A stretch of 64,000 nt of DNA from assembly GCA_963708075.1 (NCBI GenBank), contig OY970194.1, forward strand, positions 2,304,001 through 2,368,000. The letters are read 5' to 3'. Positions within the stretch are counted from its first letter, which is position 1. Each line of letters starts with the position of its first letter. A model generated the notes under the pieces. That model saw nothing but the letters and a program-made list of their open reading frames with translations, was not told the DNA's origin and ran no database searches. This document shows positions 38,212 through 49,429 of this stretch, one piece after another. Position numbers and translations under genes: made by a program. The DNA comes from Sedimentisphaerales bacterium. GTDB lineage: Bacteria; Planctomycetota; Phycisphaerae; Sedimentisphaerales; Anaerobacaceae.

Positions 38212-41200
38212 ATGATTATCCGGTTCCCTTCTTTTGTCGCGGTTATGGTTATCTCTTGCTTTGTCGCGACATTCCCTGCCTCCGGAGGCCAGGGGGCGGA
38301 CAGTCCACTGCTCATCAACGAGCTGATGGCCGCGAATGCCACGACGATTCGGGACCCACAGAACCAGTACGATGATTGGATTGAGCTCCGTAATGCGGGC
38401 GCGCAGCCTGTCAATGTCGGCGGTATGTACCTGACGGATGATCCCGAGACGCCGACGATGTGGCAGGTCCCGACGGACCGTTCTACGGCGACAACCATCC
38501 CGGCCGGCGGTTACCTGCTGATCTGGGCGGACGGGGATAGCACAGGCCGCACGGGTCTGCACGCCAGTTTTCGGCTCAACGCGGGAGGAGATACGGTCGC
38601 CCTGATTGACGTCGATGGAAAGACCATCCTCGACATGGTGCAGTTTGACAAGCAGACGGCGGATATTTCCTATGGCCGGGACCCTGCCGCAACCGACCAG
38701 TGGCGGCTCCTGGGTTTCCCTACGCCGGGGACGCCGAACATCAACACGTACGTCGGCTTTATCGCCGATACGAAGTTCAGTCACGACCGGGGATTTTACG
38801 ACCAGCCGTTTTCCGTGACCATCACCACGGCCACCGAAGGAGCCGATATCTACTACACTGTGGATGGGAGTTCACCCTACGACACTCTTCGCGCCCAGGC
38901 CACGGGCAAGCTGTACACGGGTCCGATCCCCATTACGACGACCACGTGCCTTCGCGCCATCGCAACCAAGGCCGCATGGAAGTCCTCCAATGTGGACACG
39001 CAGACGTACATCTTCCTGAAAGACGTGCAGAATCAGGCCACCAATCCCGCTACCGGCGCCCAGGTCACCCCGTCAGGGTATCCCACGTCCTGGGGCTCCG
39101 TGCCCGGCGACTACCAGGTGGACCCTGATGTAGTTGGCGAGAACGGCAAAGACAAGTTCGGGGGTCTATACGCCAATACATTCAAGGACGACCTCAAGGC
39201 TGCGCCAACCATCTCCGTCGTTATGGACAAAGAGAGCTGGTTCGGTCCCACAGGCATATACATCAATCAGTCCCAGGACGGTACCGAGCGCGCCTGCTCG
39301 CTGGAATGGATCGATCCCAACGGAGAGGAAGGATTCCAGGCCAACTGCGCAATCGCCATGCAGGGCGGCGTCAGCGGCGGCGGCACCAGCCTGGACCGAT
39401 GGAAGGTGTTCAAGCTGTCCATGCGCCCGAGATTCAAGATCGCCACCGACGACGGCAAGCCTACCGGCGGTCCTTCACAACTCAACTATCGTATCTTTCC
39501 CGATTCGCCCATCGAGATTTTCGACACCGTCGTATTCGACGAAGTGCTCAGCAACGCCTGGAACCACGCCGGCCAGCACATGTACGGCACGTACCTGCAG
39601 GACCAGTTCGTCTCCGACCTGCACAACATGATGGGCGGCCAGTCCCCGCACGGCCTGTACGCCCACCTCTACATCAACGGCATGTATTGGGGAATGTACT
39701 ACGTGCACGAGCGTCCCGACCACGCGTGGGCGGCACAGATGTTCGGCGGTGAAAAAGAAGAATACGACGTGCTGAAGCACTACACGAATATGACCGTCAA
39801 CGACGGCATCGGCGGCAAGGCGATCGACAACTTCAGCGCCATGGTCCGTGCGGCGGACACTGTCGCGGCCGATCCCACCAACATGGCCAAGTATGATGCT
39901 TTGTGCCGGATGCTGGACATCGACAATTTCATCACAGACCTCCTGGCGCACTGGTTCGCGCTGAACTGGGACTGGCCCGAGAAGAACTGGTACGCGACGC
40001 ACCGTTCGCCTGACGGTCAATGGCGATTCCATACGTGGGACGCCGAGCATTCCCTGGAGTGGTTCAACAACCAGAACGTCCTCGGCTTGAGCGTCTCCGG
40101 CATTCATGACAAGCTCAAGGGCAACGCGGACTATCGCATGCGCTTCGCGGACCACGTACACAGGAACTTCTTCAATGGCGGGCCGCTCTCGGTGCCCTTC
40201 GTCATGGATATGTACCGCGCGAGAATGGCCCAGATCGACCGGGCCATCGTCGGCGAGTCGGCTCGATGGGGCGACACGCGACAATCGACACCACATACAC
40301 GCCAGGATTGGCTGACCAACCAGGACCGTCTCCTGTCGCAGTTCCTCCAGCCCCGTCCGGCCTACGTTCTGAACTGGCTCAAGGGCGCGGGGCTCTATCC
40401 CAACGTCGATGCGCCGGTGTTCAACATCGATGGCACGTACCAGCACGGTGGCCACGTCGCTGCGAATGGTGCCCTTTCCATGCAGGCGTCGGCAACGGTT
40501 TGGTACACGCTCGACGGCAGCGATCCTCGCGTGCCGGGGACGACGCCGCAGGGCGGCGGCAGCGGCTTGACGCTTGTGCCCGAGAATGCCGCCAAGCGGG
40601 TCTTCATTCCAGTCGGGCCCGTGGATGATGCATGGAAGACGAGCGTCAGTTTCTCCGACGCCTCGTGGATCAGCGGGACGGGCGGCATCGGCTACGAGCG
40701 AAGCATAGGCTATCAGTCCTATTTCAGCATCGATCTTCGCAGCACCATGTATGGAGTCAACGCAGGCTGCTACATTCGTGTCCCCTTCACGATCAGCGCA
40801 CAGGATCTCGCCAGCCTTACCAGCCTGACGCTGAGGGTTCGATACGATGACGGCTTCATCGCCTACCTCAACGGCACCGAGGTCCAGCGGGACATGTTCA
40901 ACGGCACACCCGCATGGAACTCAAGGGCCACCGGCAACCACGATGAAGAGGAAGCAGTGAGCCTGATGCCCTTCGGTCTCCACCGCCCATATCGATAAGC
41001 TGCACGCGGGCACGAACCTGCTCGCCATCCAAGGCCTGAACCAATCATCCACAAGTTCCGATTTTCTGATCTCTTTCGATCTGGTCGGCGAGAAGGCATC
41101 CACGAGCGGTCCTGCCACCCCGGTCGGCGTGTCCCCCACCGCGGTCAAGTACGTCAGCCCGATCACGCTCGCCGAAAGCGCTCACGTCAAATCCCGAGCC

Positions 41201-42745
41201 TTGACCGGCAGCACGTGGAGCGCGTTGAATGAGGCGGTCTTTGCGGTCGGGCCGGTGGCCCAGAACCTGCGGATCAGCGAGATCATGTTCCACCCGATGG
41301 ATAGCGGCAATCCCACCGATCCCAATACCGAGTTCATCGAGCTGACCAATATCGGCAGTTCAACGATCAATCTGAGTCTCGTGTCGTTCTCCAACGGCGT
41401 CGATTTCACCTTCCCCAGCTATGACCTGGCCGCCGGAGGCTACTGTGTCGTGGTCAGAGATAAGACAGCCTTCCAGGCCAAGTACGGCTCCAGTCTGCCC
41501 GTGGCCGGCCAGTATGCGGGCAATCTGAACAATGCGGGCGAGCGGATCGAGCTGCTCGATGCCGCGGGAACGGTCATTCACAGCTTCCGCTTCGAAGACA
41601 ACTGGTTCGATATCGCCGACGGGCTGGGCTTCTCGCTTACAGTGAAAGACCCCGGGACGGCGGACCCGAACGGCTATGACGATAAGAGCCTCTGGCGGCC
41701 CAGCGCCAAGGCGGGCGGCTCGCCCGGTACTGACGACAGCGGCCAGGTGCCTGCCCTTGGCTCGGTGGTCATCAACGAGCTTCTGGCCAACTCCGGGCAG
41801 GAGTCCGACTGGATCGAGCTGCACAATACAACCACTCAATCCATCAACATCGGCGGCTGGTATCTCAGTGATGACGCCAATGATCTGACCAAGTACACAA
41901 TCGGCGCTGGCACGAGCCTTCCGGCCAATGGGTACCTCGTGTTCTATGAGAACCTCCACTTTGGCAACAAATCCGATCCCGGCTGCAGGAAGGAATTCGG
42001 CCTGCGTGCGAGCGGTGAGACGGTGTACCTGCACTCGGGCTCGGCAGGCGTGCTGACCGGCTACAGCGAGCAGGAGAAATTCGACGCCTCGGAAGCGGGC
42101 GTATCGCTGGGCCGCTATGAAAAGAGCACGGGCACATACAACTTTGTGGCCCTGAGCAACGCCACGCCGGGTGCGGCTAACGCTGCTCCGAAGATTGGGC
42201 CGATTGTGATCAATGAGATCATGTACCATCCGACGACCCCTGCCGATGCGGAGTACGTGGAACTGCTCAATATCAGCAATGAGCCCGTGACGCTGTACGA
42301 TGCGGTGGAGAAAGCTCCCTGGCGGTTCAGCGACGACGCGGGGATTGAGTTTCTGTTTCCCACGGACCCGCCCATGACGCTCGTGGCGGGCGAATACCTG
42401 CTGTTAGTGAAGGATGTAAGCTTGTTCAGCGCCAAGTACACGCCGCCGGCAGGCGTAAAGATCTTCGCCTGGGGTGCCGGCAATCTGGCCAACGGCAGCG
42501 AGAAGATTCAGCTCAGTAAGCCCGGCGAGGCCGATGCCGACGGCGTGCATGACTGGATTCGCGTGGACCGGGTGGTCTACAGCGACGGCTCGCATCCGCA
42601 GGATTTCCCGGGCGGGACTGACCCGTGGCCGACGAAAGCGGACGGCCAGGGCTCGTCCCTGAGCCGGACCACGCCCGCATCCTACGGCAACGATGCCACA
42701 AACTGGCACGCCGCCACACCATCGCCTGGGAAAGCAAACAATTGA
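38212..42745 (+). CDS. Large secreted lamin-tail-domain / FN3-like / CotH-kinase protein, frameshifted at about 40980 (probable sequencing error)
   Basis: INELMA.N...DWIEL.N (LTD); FSHDRGFY...IYYT.DGS; CotH-like 'LYING.YWG.Y..HE', 'DWP.KN', 'WDAE'; the +1 frame continues TAHIDKLHAGTNLLAIQGLN into ORF 41129-42745 with three more LTDs. Confidence 0.8.
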
Positions 42746-42840
42746 GATCAGAGGAATGACGAACCGGTCTTTGAGAACCGGCGTAGTGAATCGCAGGGGT
42801 GAGTTTCAAACCCGCCCGCCATAGCAAGTGAAGAGCCCGT

Positions 42841-44061
42841 ATGATAAGAGTCGGACTGATATTCGCCGTAGTGAGCATGGGCCTCTGTGCCGGTGCGCAC
42901 GCGGACTGTCCCGAGAGCGATCTGAACAGCGATTGCAGAGTCGATGCCAATGACCTGTGGGTCCTCGCCGAGGCATGGTTGGGCGACCCGAACACGCCGG
43001 CGGACCTGAACCGTGACAAGAAGGTCAACCAGGCCGACCTCGCCATCCTGGCCACCCAGTGGCGTCAGACGGGCTGCCCGATCGTGATCAACGAGGTGCT
43101 TGCCCACGCGCACGCGGATGCCCCCGATTGGATCGAGCTGCACAACACCAGCAGGATCCCTGTGGACATCAGCGGCTGGATGCTCAGCGATCGCGAGGAC
43201 AATCTCAGCAGGTTTCAGATCGCCGCGGGCACCATCCTGGGGCCATTTGGCTACATCGTCTTCTACGAGAACACGCACTTCGGCAACCCGCTGAATCCGG
43301 ATACGTGGAGCCCGTTTGCCTTGAGTGAGAACGGGGAAACGCTGTACCTGTACTCCGGCTACGATGAGGTGTACCCGGACTATCTCGCCGAGGCGCCGCT
43401 TGGACCGTCGGAGACCTTCTACTCCTTCGGCCGGTACCGCAAGAGTACGGGCGAGTACAGCTACGTGATCATGAATGAGCTGACCCCGGGCGACAGGAAT
43501 GCCTACCCTCGCGTCGGTCCCGTGATCATCAATGAGATCATGTACCACCCCACCGGCGACGCCGATGCGGAATACGTCGAGCTGCTCAACATCGATGGCG
43601 GCCCCGTCACCCTCTTCGACTTCGTCTCGATGGAGCCCTGGCGGCTCACGGACGCGTCCGGCATCGAATTCCGGTTCCCCACCGACGCCCCTGTGACACT
43701 GGAAAAGGGCGAGTACCTCCTGCTGGTCAGGGATGCGGCGGCGGTCAGCAAGGGAGGGGCGAAGGCGGGCGTGAAAATGATGTCGTGGGGTTCCGGCAAG
43801 CTCGCCAACCAGGGCGAGGACCTCTACCTGCTCAAGCCGGGCGACGTCGATACGGCGGGCACGCGGTACTGGATCGAGGTCGATCGCGTCGACTACAGCG
43901 ACGGAGGACACCCCTTGAACTTCGCAAAGAACAAGGACCCCTGGCCCGCCGCCGCCGACGGCCTCGGCCTGTCATTGAATCGCCTCTTCACCCGCAAGTA
44001 CGGCAACGACCCCAACAACTGGCAAGCCACCATCCCCACCCCCGGCTCCGCCAACGACTGA
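42841..44061 (+). CDS. Secreted dockerin-like plus two lamin-tail-domain protein
   Basis: DLNSDCRVDANDL...ADLNRDKKVNQADL dockerin/EF-hand-like pair; two INE(V/I)..H...(DW/EY)(I/V)EL LTDs. Confidence 0.82.
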   Translation: MIRVGLIFAVVSMGLCAGAHADCPESDLNSDCRVDANDLWVLAEAWLGDPNTPADLNRDKKVNQADLAILATQWRQTGCPIVINEVLAHAHADAPDWIELHNTSRIPVDISGWMLSDREDNLSRFQIAAGTILGPFGYIVFYENTHFGNPLNPDTWSPFALSENGETLYLYSGYDEVYPDYLAEAPLGPSETFYSFGRYRKSTGEYSYVIMNELTPGDRNAYPRVGPVIINEIMYHPTGDADAEYVELLNIDGGPVTLFDFVSMEPWRLTDASGIEFRFPTDAPVTLEKGEYLLLVRDAAAVSKGGAKAGVKMMSWGSGKLANQGEDLYLLKPGDVDTAGTRYWIEVDRVDYSDGGHPLNFAKNKDPWPAAADGLGLSLNRLFTRKYGNDPNNWQATIPTPGSAND

Positions 44062-44219
44062 GCCGGCTATACCCATCACATGGGCAGGTGTGACGCAGTG
44101 AGTAAGAGCACGCCGGCCGGACCGCCACCCGGCCGTGGAATTGCGTGACGCTGGACCTGCTTCATCGGTACTGCTATGATGGCGGGGAAAGCTTCGGTGT
44201 TTTCGATGGAGACTTCACC

Positions 44220-46172
44220 ATGCGCTGGATCAATGGACCACGCGTCCGCCGGAAACGACACTGGCTCGTCCTCCTGATCGTTTCTCTCGTCGGTGTCTCA
44301 ACCCCGTGTCCTTGTGGCGCCGGAGATGGGGAGCCGCGGAGCACGCTGGTGAACGTCGTCCAGGGGGCGGTCAACGGGGTGCGCATCGAGCGGAACGGCC
44401 ACAGGCTCGTCATCTATGGGGACCCGCAACAGCGATGGAAGACGGCCGACGTGGTACTCTTCACGCATAGTCGTCGCGACGTTGTATGGGCGGGTCAGGC
44501 CCTCGTGAAGGATGGGGCTCAGTGCATAGTCCCGGCGGCCGAGGCGGAGCATTTTACGGGAGCGGAGAAGTTCTGGACCCAGTTCTGGGACAGGCGATTC
44601 CATGACTATGCGCAGCAAAGCACGAAGGTGCCGACGGTCTCGATGAAAGTCGATCGGACGGTGCGGGAAGGCGACGTGATCGAGTTTGAGGGCCTGGCGA
44701 TCCGGGTGCTGGACACGCCGGGATATACACGGGGGGCTGTGTCCTACCTCGTGGAGGCGGACGGGATCAAGTACGCCTTTGTCGGCGACCTGATCTACGG
44801 CGACGGGCAGTTGCTGGACCTGTACAGCCTGCAGGACAGCGTCTCCGAGGCGAAGATCATGGGCTACCACGGATACGCGGGCAGAATGGGACAACTGATC
44901 GAGAGCCTGCGGAAGGTGGCCGCACAGAAGCCGAATATCCTGGTCCCGGCCAGAGGGCCTGTCATCGAGCAGCCGGAACCCGCGATAAAGCGGATGATCG
45001 AGAGGCTTCAGGCGGCGTACAGAAATTACCTTTCCATCAACGCGGGGCACTGGTATTTCAAAGAACGGTATGATGTTCTCGCCTCGCGGGTACTGGGAGA
45101 CACCGCCAAAGTGGAGTGGATGCCTTATGCTGGAACCATCGAGAAGGCGCCGCCGGACTGGATAGTTTCCATCGATAATGCCCGGCTGCTGCTGTCACAG
45201 GACCGCAGCGGTTTCATGATCGACTGCGGCTCACAGGCCATCTTCGACCGGGTGCAGAAGCTCCAGGAGGCCGGGCGACTGACCTCTGTCGAGGGCCTTT
45301 TCATCACGCATTATCACGACGACCACACGGATTGGGTGAACGAATTCCTGGACAAGCATGGTTGCCCCGCCTACATCACGCCGATCATGGAGGACGTGCT
45401 GCGCCGGCCCGGAGCCCACCGGCTGCCCGCGATGACAGCCAAGCCGATTACGCGGCTGAAGGTCGTGCCCGACGGCTATCGCATGCGGTGGAAGGAATTC
45501 GCCCTGACGTTTTACGACTTCCCCGGGCAGACCCTCTACCACGATGCCCTGCTCGTGGAAAAAGACGGTGGCGAGAAGGTACTCTTCCTCGGCGATTCCT
45601 TCACGCCCTCCGGCATCGACGACTACTGCCTCCAGAACCGCAATTTCCTCCACGACGGGATGGGGTACTCCTACTGCCTGGGCCACCTGAAGAACAAGAT
45701 CCCCCCGGAGGCCCTGCTGATCAATGAGCACGTCATGGAGCCCTTTCGCTTCGAGAGCGATCAGATCAGCCATATGGCAAAGACCCTGGGGCAACGACGG
45801 GCGGTCCTGGCCGACCTGTTCCCGTGGGATGACGCCAATTACGGCATCGATGAGCAGTGGGCCCGCATCTATCCCTATGGCCAGGAGGCGACGGCGGACA
45901 AGCAGGTGGAGGCCGCCGTCAGGCTGTTCAACCACTCCCCCAAGCGCACAACATTCACGGTGCACCTGAACGTCCCCGCGGGATTCGACAGCGAGCCCGA
46001 GACACAGACCGTGGCGGTGAATCCAAGACAGGAGGCGGAGGCCCGGTTCCAGATCAAAATCCCGAGTTCCCCTTCCGGCTCCATCCACGTCATCACAGCC
46101 GACGTTCAGTTCGGCCCATGGGACCTGCGGCAATGGAGTGAAGGCCTGATCAAGGTCACACATCCGGAGTAG
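44220..46172 (+). CDS. Secreted tandem MBL-fold metallohydrolase
   Basis: First domain degenerate (THSRRD, TPGYT, GDL); second THYHDDH, PGQT..H, GDS. Confidence 0.8.
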   Translation: MRWINGPRVRRKRHWLVLLIVSLVGVSTPCPCGAGDGEPRSTLVNVVQGAVNGVRIERNGHRLVIYGDPQQRWKTADVVLFTHSRRDVVWAGQALVKDGAQCIVPAAEAEHFTGAEKFWTQFWDRRFHDYAQQSTKVPTVSMKVDRTVREGDVIEFEGLAIRVLDTPGYTRGAVSYLVEADGIKYAFVGDLIYGDGQLLDLYSLQDSVSEAKIMGYHGYAGRMGQLIESLRKVAAQKPNILVPARGPVIEQPEPAIKRMIERLQAAYRNYLSINAGHWYFKERYDVLASRVLGDTAKVEWMPYAGTIEKAPPDWIVSIDNARLLLSQDRSGFMIDCGSQAIFDRVQKLQEAGRLTSVEGLFITHYHDDHTDWVNEFLDKHGCPAYITPIMEDVLRRPGAHRLPAMTAKPITRLKVVPDGYRMRWKEFALTFYDFPGQTLYHDALLVEKDGGEKVLFLGDSFTPSGIDDYCLQNRNFLHDGMGYSYCLGHLKNKIPPEALLINEHVMEPFRFESDQISHMAKTLGQRRAVLADLFPWDDANYGIDEQWARIYPYGQEATADKQVEAAVRLFNHSPKRTTFTVHLNVPAGFDSEPETQTVAVNPRQEAEARFQIKIPSSPSGSIHVITADVQFGPWDLRQWSEGLIKVTHPE

Positions 46173-46505
46173 ATCGGTGCATCAGTGCGCACACACTCGG
46201 CACCGATGGAGGCGGATTTGCTGCCTCTGCTTCTATAGAACGCCGAGCGACGCAGGGACACAATAAGGGTTTCTCCCATGCACAACTCGGCTTTTGCCTA
46301 GGAGCAGGGCGCCAACCAACGGCTTAGTATTGACCATGTGTCACTCAAGTAAGTGACGTGGCCCTCGTCGACCTGAATGGGGCGACGGGGAACGGACCGG
46401 TCGTTTTGACGAGAGATAGATGTCCGCCGGGGAACTCAATGCTGAAGCCCTCCGCAAAGAGATGCGGCTGTTGGCAATGATTAGGCCTGTATTTGTGAAA
46501 GGGAG

Positions 46506-47033
46506 ATGACCATGTTGAAAAGAATTGTCATCACAACGAGTATTCTCTGTCTGGTCCTGCCGGCCGCGGGATTCGCTCAGGGTTTTTCCCAAGGCGACAA
46601 AGTGGTCTCCCTCAACGGCAGCGGCACGAGCGACAATGAGCTCGATAACACTGCATTCTCCATCGAAGGCGCTTACAGCTACTTCTTCTCCGACAGGATC
46701 GAGGGAGCCATTCGGCAGGGTTTCACATTTGCTGACGTGCCCGGCTCCGATAACGACTGGGCCGCATCCACCCGCGTGGCTCTCGATTACAATTGGGACA
46801 TGGGCAGCGTCTGGCCGCTTCTCGGCGCGAACTTCGGCTATGTCTACGGCGATGCGGTTGACGACACATTTGTGGCCGGTCCCGAGGCAGGCGTGAGGTA
46901 CTTCGTCAATTCGACCACCTTCATCCTGGGCCTGGTCGAGTACCAGTTCTTCTTCGAAGAGTCCGACCACGCCGAGGATGCGTTCGATGACGGCCGTTTC
47001 GTCTTCACCGTCGGTATGGGTTTCCGCTGGTAG
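46506..47033 (+). CDS. Small outer-membrane beta-barrel protein
   Basis: Signal peptide; alternating amphipathic strands; C-terminal VGMGFRW beta-signal. Confidence 0.8.
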   Translation: MTMLKRIVITTSILCLVLPAAGFAQGFSQGDKVVSLNGSGTSDNELDNTAFSIEGAYSYFFSDRIEGAIRQGFTFADVPGSDNDWAASTRVALDYNWDMGSVWPLLGANFGYVYGDAVDDTFVAGPEAGVRYFVNSTTFILGLVEYQFFFEESDHAEDAFDDGRFVFTVGMGFRW

Positions 47034-47480
47034 TCACGTAAGGAAGCTGCTGGAGCGGTTTGCGGTCTGAGACTGAAGACCGCTCGGCGCCAACAAGTTG
47101 AGTGATTCCGCGGTCTCGACCAGAGAAACAGCATCAGGAATGATGCATAGTGTCTGCACCGGGTAGATCCTGCACTGTTTGTGCTGGGATAGTGCTCGGT
47201 GCAGACGTTCTTTCTGCCCGGATCTCCTATTCATCGCCACACCTCGCCACACCCCGCCACACATGACCTCGTGCCAATTCCGAGCGGTCACGCCATATCC
47301 GTATTTCGGGGAGAGGCCGAGAAAGGCTCGCGATGCGCGGCGGACTCCACGCGGTCATACACAGGCAGTCTGTCGCCCCATAACCGGGCATTTTTGTTGC
47401 AGCCCCCTGCCCAGCAGCTATAATGCCGCTCCATGTGTGCCGTAGATGGTTAGAGGAGACATACAAGGAAAGGACGTGTT

Positions 47481-49397
47481 ATGTCGTTAGGGGCCCTCGA
47501 CATCCTCGTATTCGTCGCGTTCGTCGTCTCCGTGGTGAGCATCGGGTTGCTCAAGAGCCGCAAGGAGAAGACCGGCGAAGACTACTTCCTTGCCGGCCGC
47601 GGCCTGTCCTGGTGGCTGATCGGCTTCTCGCTCATCGCCGCCAACATCTCCACCGAGCAATTCGTCGGCATGAGCGGCCAAGCGGCAGACTGGCTCGGCA
47701 TGGCCATTGCCAGCTACGAGTGGATGGCCGCCATCACACTGGTGATCGTCGCCTTCGTGTTCCTGCCTTCGTTCCTCAAGAGCGGCATTTACACCATCCC
47801 GGAGTTCCTCGAATACCGCTATAACAGCTTTGCCCGAACGATCATGGCGATCAGCACCATGATCATTCTCGTCGGCGTGCCCACCGCCTCCGTCATCTAT
47901 TCCGGCGCCAAGGTCATCTGCGTGTACTTCCAGGGCCAGACCTTCCTCGGTTACGATCTTGGCAACATCGCCGTCGGATGCTGGATTATCGGCATCGCTT
48001 CAGCGATCTACGTGTTTGCGGGCGGCCTGAAGGCCTGCGCATGGGCCGACCTGATCCAGGGCTCGGCATTGATCGTCGGGGGAGGCATCGTCATGTATTA
48101 CGCGATGCACGCCCTTGGGCAGGCAGACCCAGCCAGTCTGGCGGCCACCGCGGCGAACCCGCAACTCGCTGCCGATCAACTTACGAACACCGGGGCCTGG
48201 GGTCGCTTTGTCGCACTCAACAGCGCCCCCCTGCCTGCCGGCAAGCTGCACATGGTTCGCCCCCTCTCCGACCCCGCCATTCCTTGGTCGGCGCTCGTCA
48301 TCGGTCTGTGGATCCCCAACTTCTTCTACTGGGGCCTGAATCAGTACATCACGCAGCGTACGCTCGGCTCCAAATCCCTCGCCCAGGGACAGCGAGGCGT
48401 CGTGTTCGCGGCGTTTCTCAAGCTCCTCATCCCGTTCGTCGTGGTCATCCCGGGCATCCTCGCGTTCAACCTGTTCAGCAAGGACCTGCAGGCCCAGGCT
48501 GAGCTGAAGAATAAGGAAACTCTGGTGGACTTCCAGCAGCAGAAGGACGGGGTCGTTTTTGAGTTCACACCGGCCTATGCAAAGCTCTACCCAGACGTCG
48601 CCACCGGCATGCTCACACACAACGCCACCATGGTAAAGGCGGTGTACACTCCTGGCGCAGCTCTCTCGCCGGATGCGATTGCCGCCAAAAACGCGGAATT
48701 CGTCACGGCAGCCAAGTCCAATGGCGTCGAAATCTCCCAGAAGCTCATCGGCCATGATTTCGATGCTGCATTCCCGACGTTGATCCGCAACCTGGTTTCC
48801 CAGCATCGCGGTATTCTCGGCTTCGTCCTGGCTGCCCTGTTCGGCGCGGTCGTCAGCTCCATTGCGGCCATGCTCAACGCAGCCTCCACCATCTTTGCGA
48901 TGGACATCTTCCGCAAGGTGAAGAAGGATGCCTCGCAGACTGCCCTGGTCATGTGCGGGCGAGTCTGCATCGTGGTCTTCGTGCTCATCGCCATATTGAT
49001 CGCACCGAGCCTTGGCAGCCCCCAGTTCGGCGGCATTTTCACGTTCATCCAGGAGTTCCAGGGCTTCATCTCGCCCGGCATTCTGGCCATCTTCCTGTTC
49101 GGCCTGCTCGTGCATCGCGCTCCGCGTGCAGCGGGGACAGTGGGTCTGCTGCTGAATCCAGTCCTTTACGGCACGCTCAAGTATGCAGCGCCGGGAATCG
49201 CGTTCCTCGACCGCATGGCAATCTGCTTCGGCATCGTGCTGGCCGTGCTGACAATCATGACACTCGTCAAGCCGTTGCCGGAGCCGGTGAATATGCCCAC
49301 GAACCCGAAAATGGACCTCACACCCTCTCGCGGCGCCAAGCTGGCGGGAGTGGGAGTGGTGGTGCTGACCCTGGTGCTTTACGCGATCTTCTGGTAG
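47481..49397 (+). CDS. Sodium:solute symporter (SglT-like sugar transporter)
   Basis: DYFLAGR, AANISTEQFVGMSG, YEW, NFFYWG.NQYITQR. Confidence 0.92.
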   Translation: MSLGALDILVFVAFVVSVVSIGLLKSRKEKTGEDYFLAGRGLSWWLIGFSLIAANISTEQFVGMSGQAADWLGMAIASYEWMAAITLVIVAFVFLPSFLKSGIYTIPEFLEYRYNSFARTIMAISTMIILVGVPTASVIYSGAKVICVYFQGQTFLGYDLGNIAVGCWIIGIASAIYVFAGGLKACAWADLIQGSALIVGGGIVMYYAMHALGQADPASLAATAANPQLAADQLTNTGAWGRFVALNSAPLPAGKLHMVRPLSDPAIPWSALVIGLWIPNFFYWGLNQYITQRTLGSKSLAQGQRGVVFAAFLKLLIPFVVVIPGILAFNLFSKDLQAQAELKNKETLVDFQQQKDGVVFEFTPAYAKLYPDVATGMLTHNATMVKAVYTPGAALSPDAIAAKNAEFVTAAKSNGVEISQKLIGHDFDAAFPTLIRNLVSQHRGILGFVLAALFGAVVSSIAAMLNAASTIFAMDIFRKVKKDASQTALVMCGRVCIVVFVLIAILIAPSLGSPQFGGIFTFIQEFQGFISPGILAIFLFGLLVHRAPRAAGTVGLLLNPVLYGTLKYAAPGIAFLDRMAICFGIVLAVLTIMTLVKPLPEPVNMPTNPKMDLTPSRGAKLAGVGVVVLTLVLYAIFW

Positions 49398-49429
49398 TAG
49401 ATTCAAGTTTTGCATGGGTTGAGATCAAA

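Noticed and set aside
46180..46500. Riboswitch upstream of the beta-barrel gene
   Set aside because: Some hairpins, but no recognisable cobalamin, TPP, SAM or c-di-GMP consensus.
47235..47264. Decamer repeat (CGCCACAC..)x3 upstream of the SSS transporter
   Set aside because: Only three units; could be an operator, but there is no supporting evidence.
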